DNA of 64,000 bases, from assembly GCA_010405405.1 (NCBI GenBank), contig MU004236.1, forward strand, positions 508,576 to 572,575. The letters run 5' to 3'. Within the stretch, counting starts at the first letter, position 1. Each line of letters begins with the position of its first letter. This document shows, one piece after another, positions 62,974 through 64,000 of this stretch. This stretch comes from Microthyrium microscopicum. Taxonomy: Eukaryota. A program made the position numbers and the translations under genes. The notes below the pieces were generated by a model that was not told the origin of the DNA, did no database searches, and was given only the letters and a program-made list of their open reading frames with translations.

Positions 62974-64000
62974 ATGATGGCTACTCATCCCCACACTTCG
63001 CCGCAAGGCCCTCTTCCACCTCATGGTCCTCCTATGGTTGGCCATGAACCCAATGGTCATGCACCAATGAATCAGCCTGCGAATACTCTCCAACAGCGGA
63101 TTGCGCAGCTCAATGAAGAATCATGGCTTCGAATTGGTAAGATTTCTTATTATGCCCTTACCGCCAAGCGTTGATACTAACAAAACAATCTCGATAGGCT
63201 CTCTTTGTGAGCTCATGAATGACCCATCGGGAGCTTCTCACGCATATGAGTCTGCTCTTCGTCACAATCGGTTTTCTGTCACTGCGATGCTCAATATCGC
63301 AAACATTCTTCGCGCGCGAGATGCATTTCCCCCCGCGATTGAGTACTTGAAAGCCATCACCAAATTCGAAGAGCGCAATGGAGAAGTATGGGCCGCTTTG
63401 GGTAATTTCTCCTGCCAAATTGCTTCTACTATTATCTAATCAGTTCAAGGCCATTGTTTTCTCATGCTCGACAACCTACAAGATGCCTACCAAGCTTACC
63501 AGCAGGCTTTATATCACTTACCGGATTTGCGGGTAAGTTAATTCTTGATATATATAGCTCATTTCTGATTTATTTGTAGGAACCGCGACTCTGGTACGGA
63601 ATCGGCATTCTGTACGATCGTTATGGGTCCCTGGAGCATGCCGAAGAAGCTTTCTCACAAGTTATGCGCATGTCACGAGACTTTGAAAAGGCCAATGAAA
63701 TTTACTTCCGTCTGGGCATAATTTACAAACAGCAGACCAAATACAGCGCAAGTTTGGAGGTATGTCAATGCTTTTGTGGTACAAACTGTGCAAATCTAAC
63801 AGAATCAGTGTTTTCGCTACATTGTCAATGATCCACCCAAGCCTCTAACACAGGAAGATATCTGGTTCCAGATTGGACATGTTCATGAACAGCAAAAAGA
63901 CGTAAGAAAACTTGCTCAATTCTGGAAGCAGTCTCTAACGACAATTAGTATGATTCAGCAAAATCGGCATATACACGTGTGCTTGATAATGATCCAAAGC
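62974..64000 (+). CDS. SSN6: General transcriptional corepressor Ssn6/Cyc8 (TPR), 5' part, truncated by the window end
   Basis: QRIAQLNEESWLRIG|SLCELM...AYESALRHN, NGEVWAALG|HCFLMLDNLQDAYQAYQQALYHL, EPRLWYGIGILYDRYGSLEHAEEAFSQV, FEKANEIYFRLGIIYKQQ, DIWFQIGHVHEQQKD. Confidence 0.95.

Noticed and set aside
1..64000. tRNA/rRNA genes and the many short antisense ORFs in the track
   Set aside because: No cloverleaf or rRNA signatures were seen by eye. The short ORFs overlap real exons on the opposite strand or frame and have no recognisable motifs.

Overview
Filamentous ascomycete (Pezizomycotina, probably Dothideomycete-like) genomic DNA with intron-containing genes. In order: Zn2Cys6 TF, two hypothetical genes, WW-domain Wwm1-like, LIM-RhoGAP Rga1/2-like, a small gag-like orphan ORF, TPR/J-domain DNAJC7-like, a HET-domain pseudogene, a SPRY protein, a hypothetical gene, a compact NCS1 permease / PuuE-like deacetylase / Dal81-like TF cluster, a secreted HExxH protein, STU1/CLASP, KRE6 and the 5' part of SSN6/CYC8. 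The most striking object is invisible to the ORF track: an 11,415-bp RIP-destroyed DNA transposon (49167-60581) with ~110-bp TIRs, TAT...ATA ends and a 6-bp CAAGGG target duplication. Reading through its RIP stops gives a Clr5-like + IS3/IS481-type DDE transposase (IS3EU-like) followed by relics of further intron-containing cargo genes. There are also two 147-bp TA-flanked hairpin MITEs whose arms differ by a fully compensated 8-bp block, and a 636-bp TIR element inserted in the HET pseudogene. Exon boundaries and de-RIPed translations were read by eye; no database searches were run.
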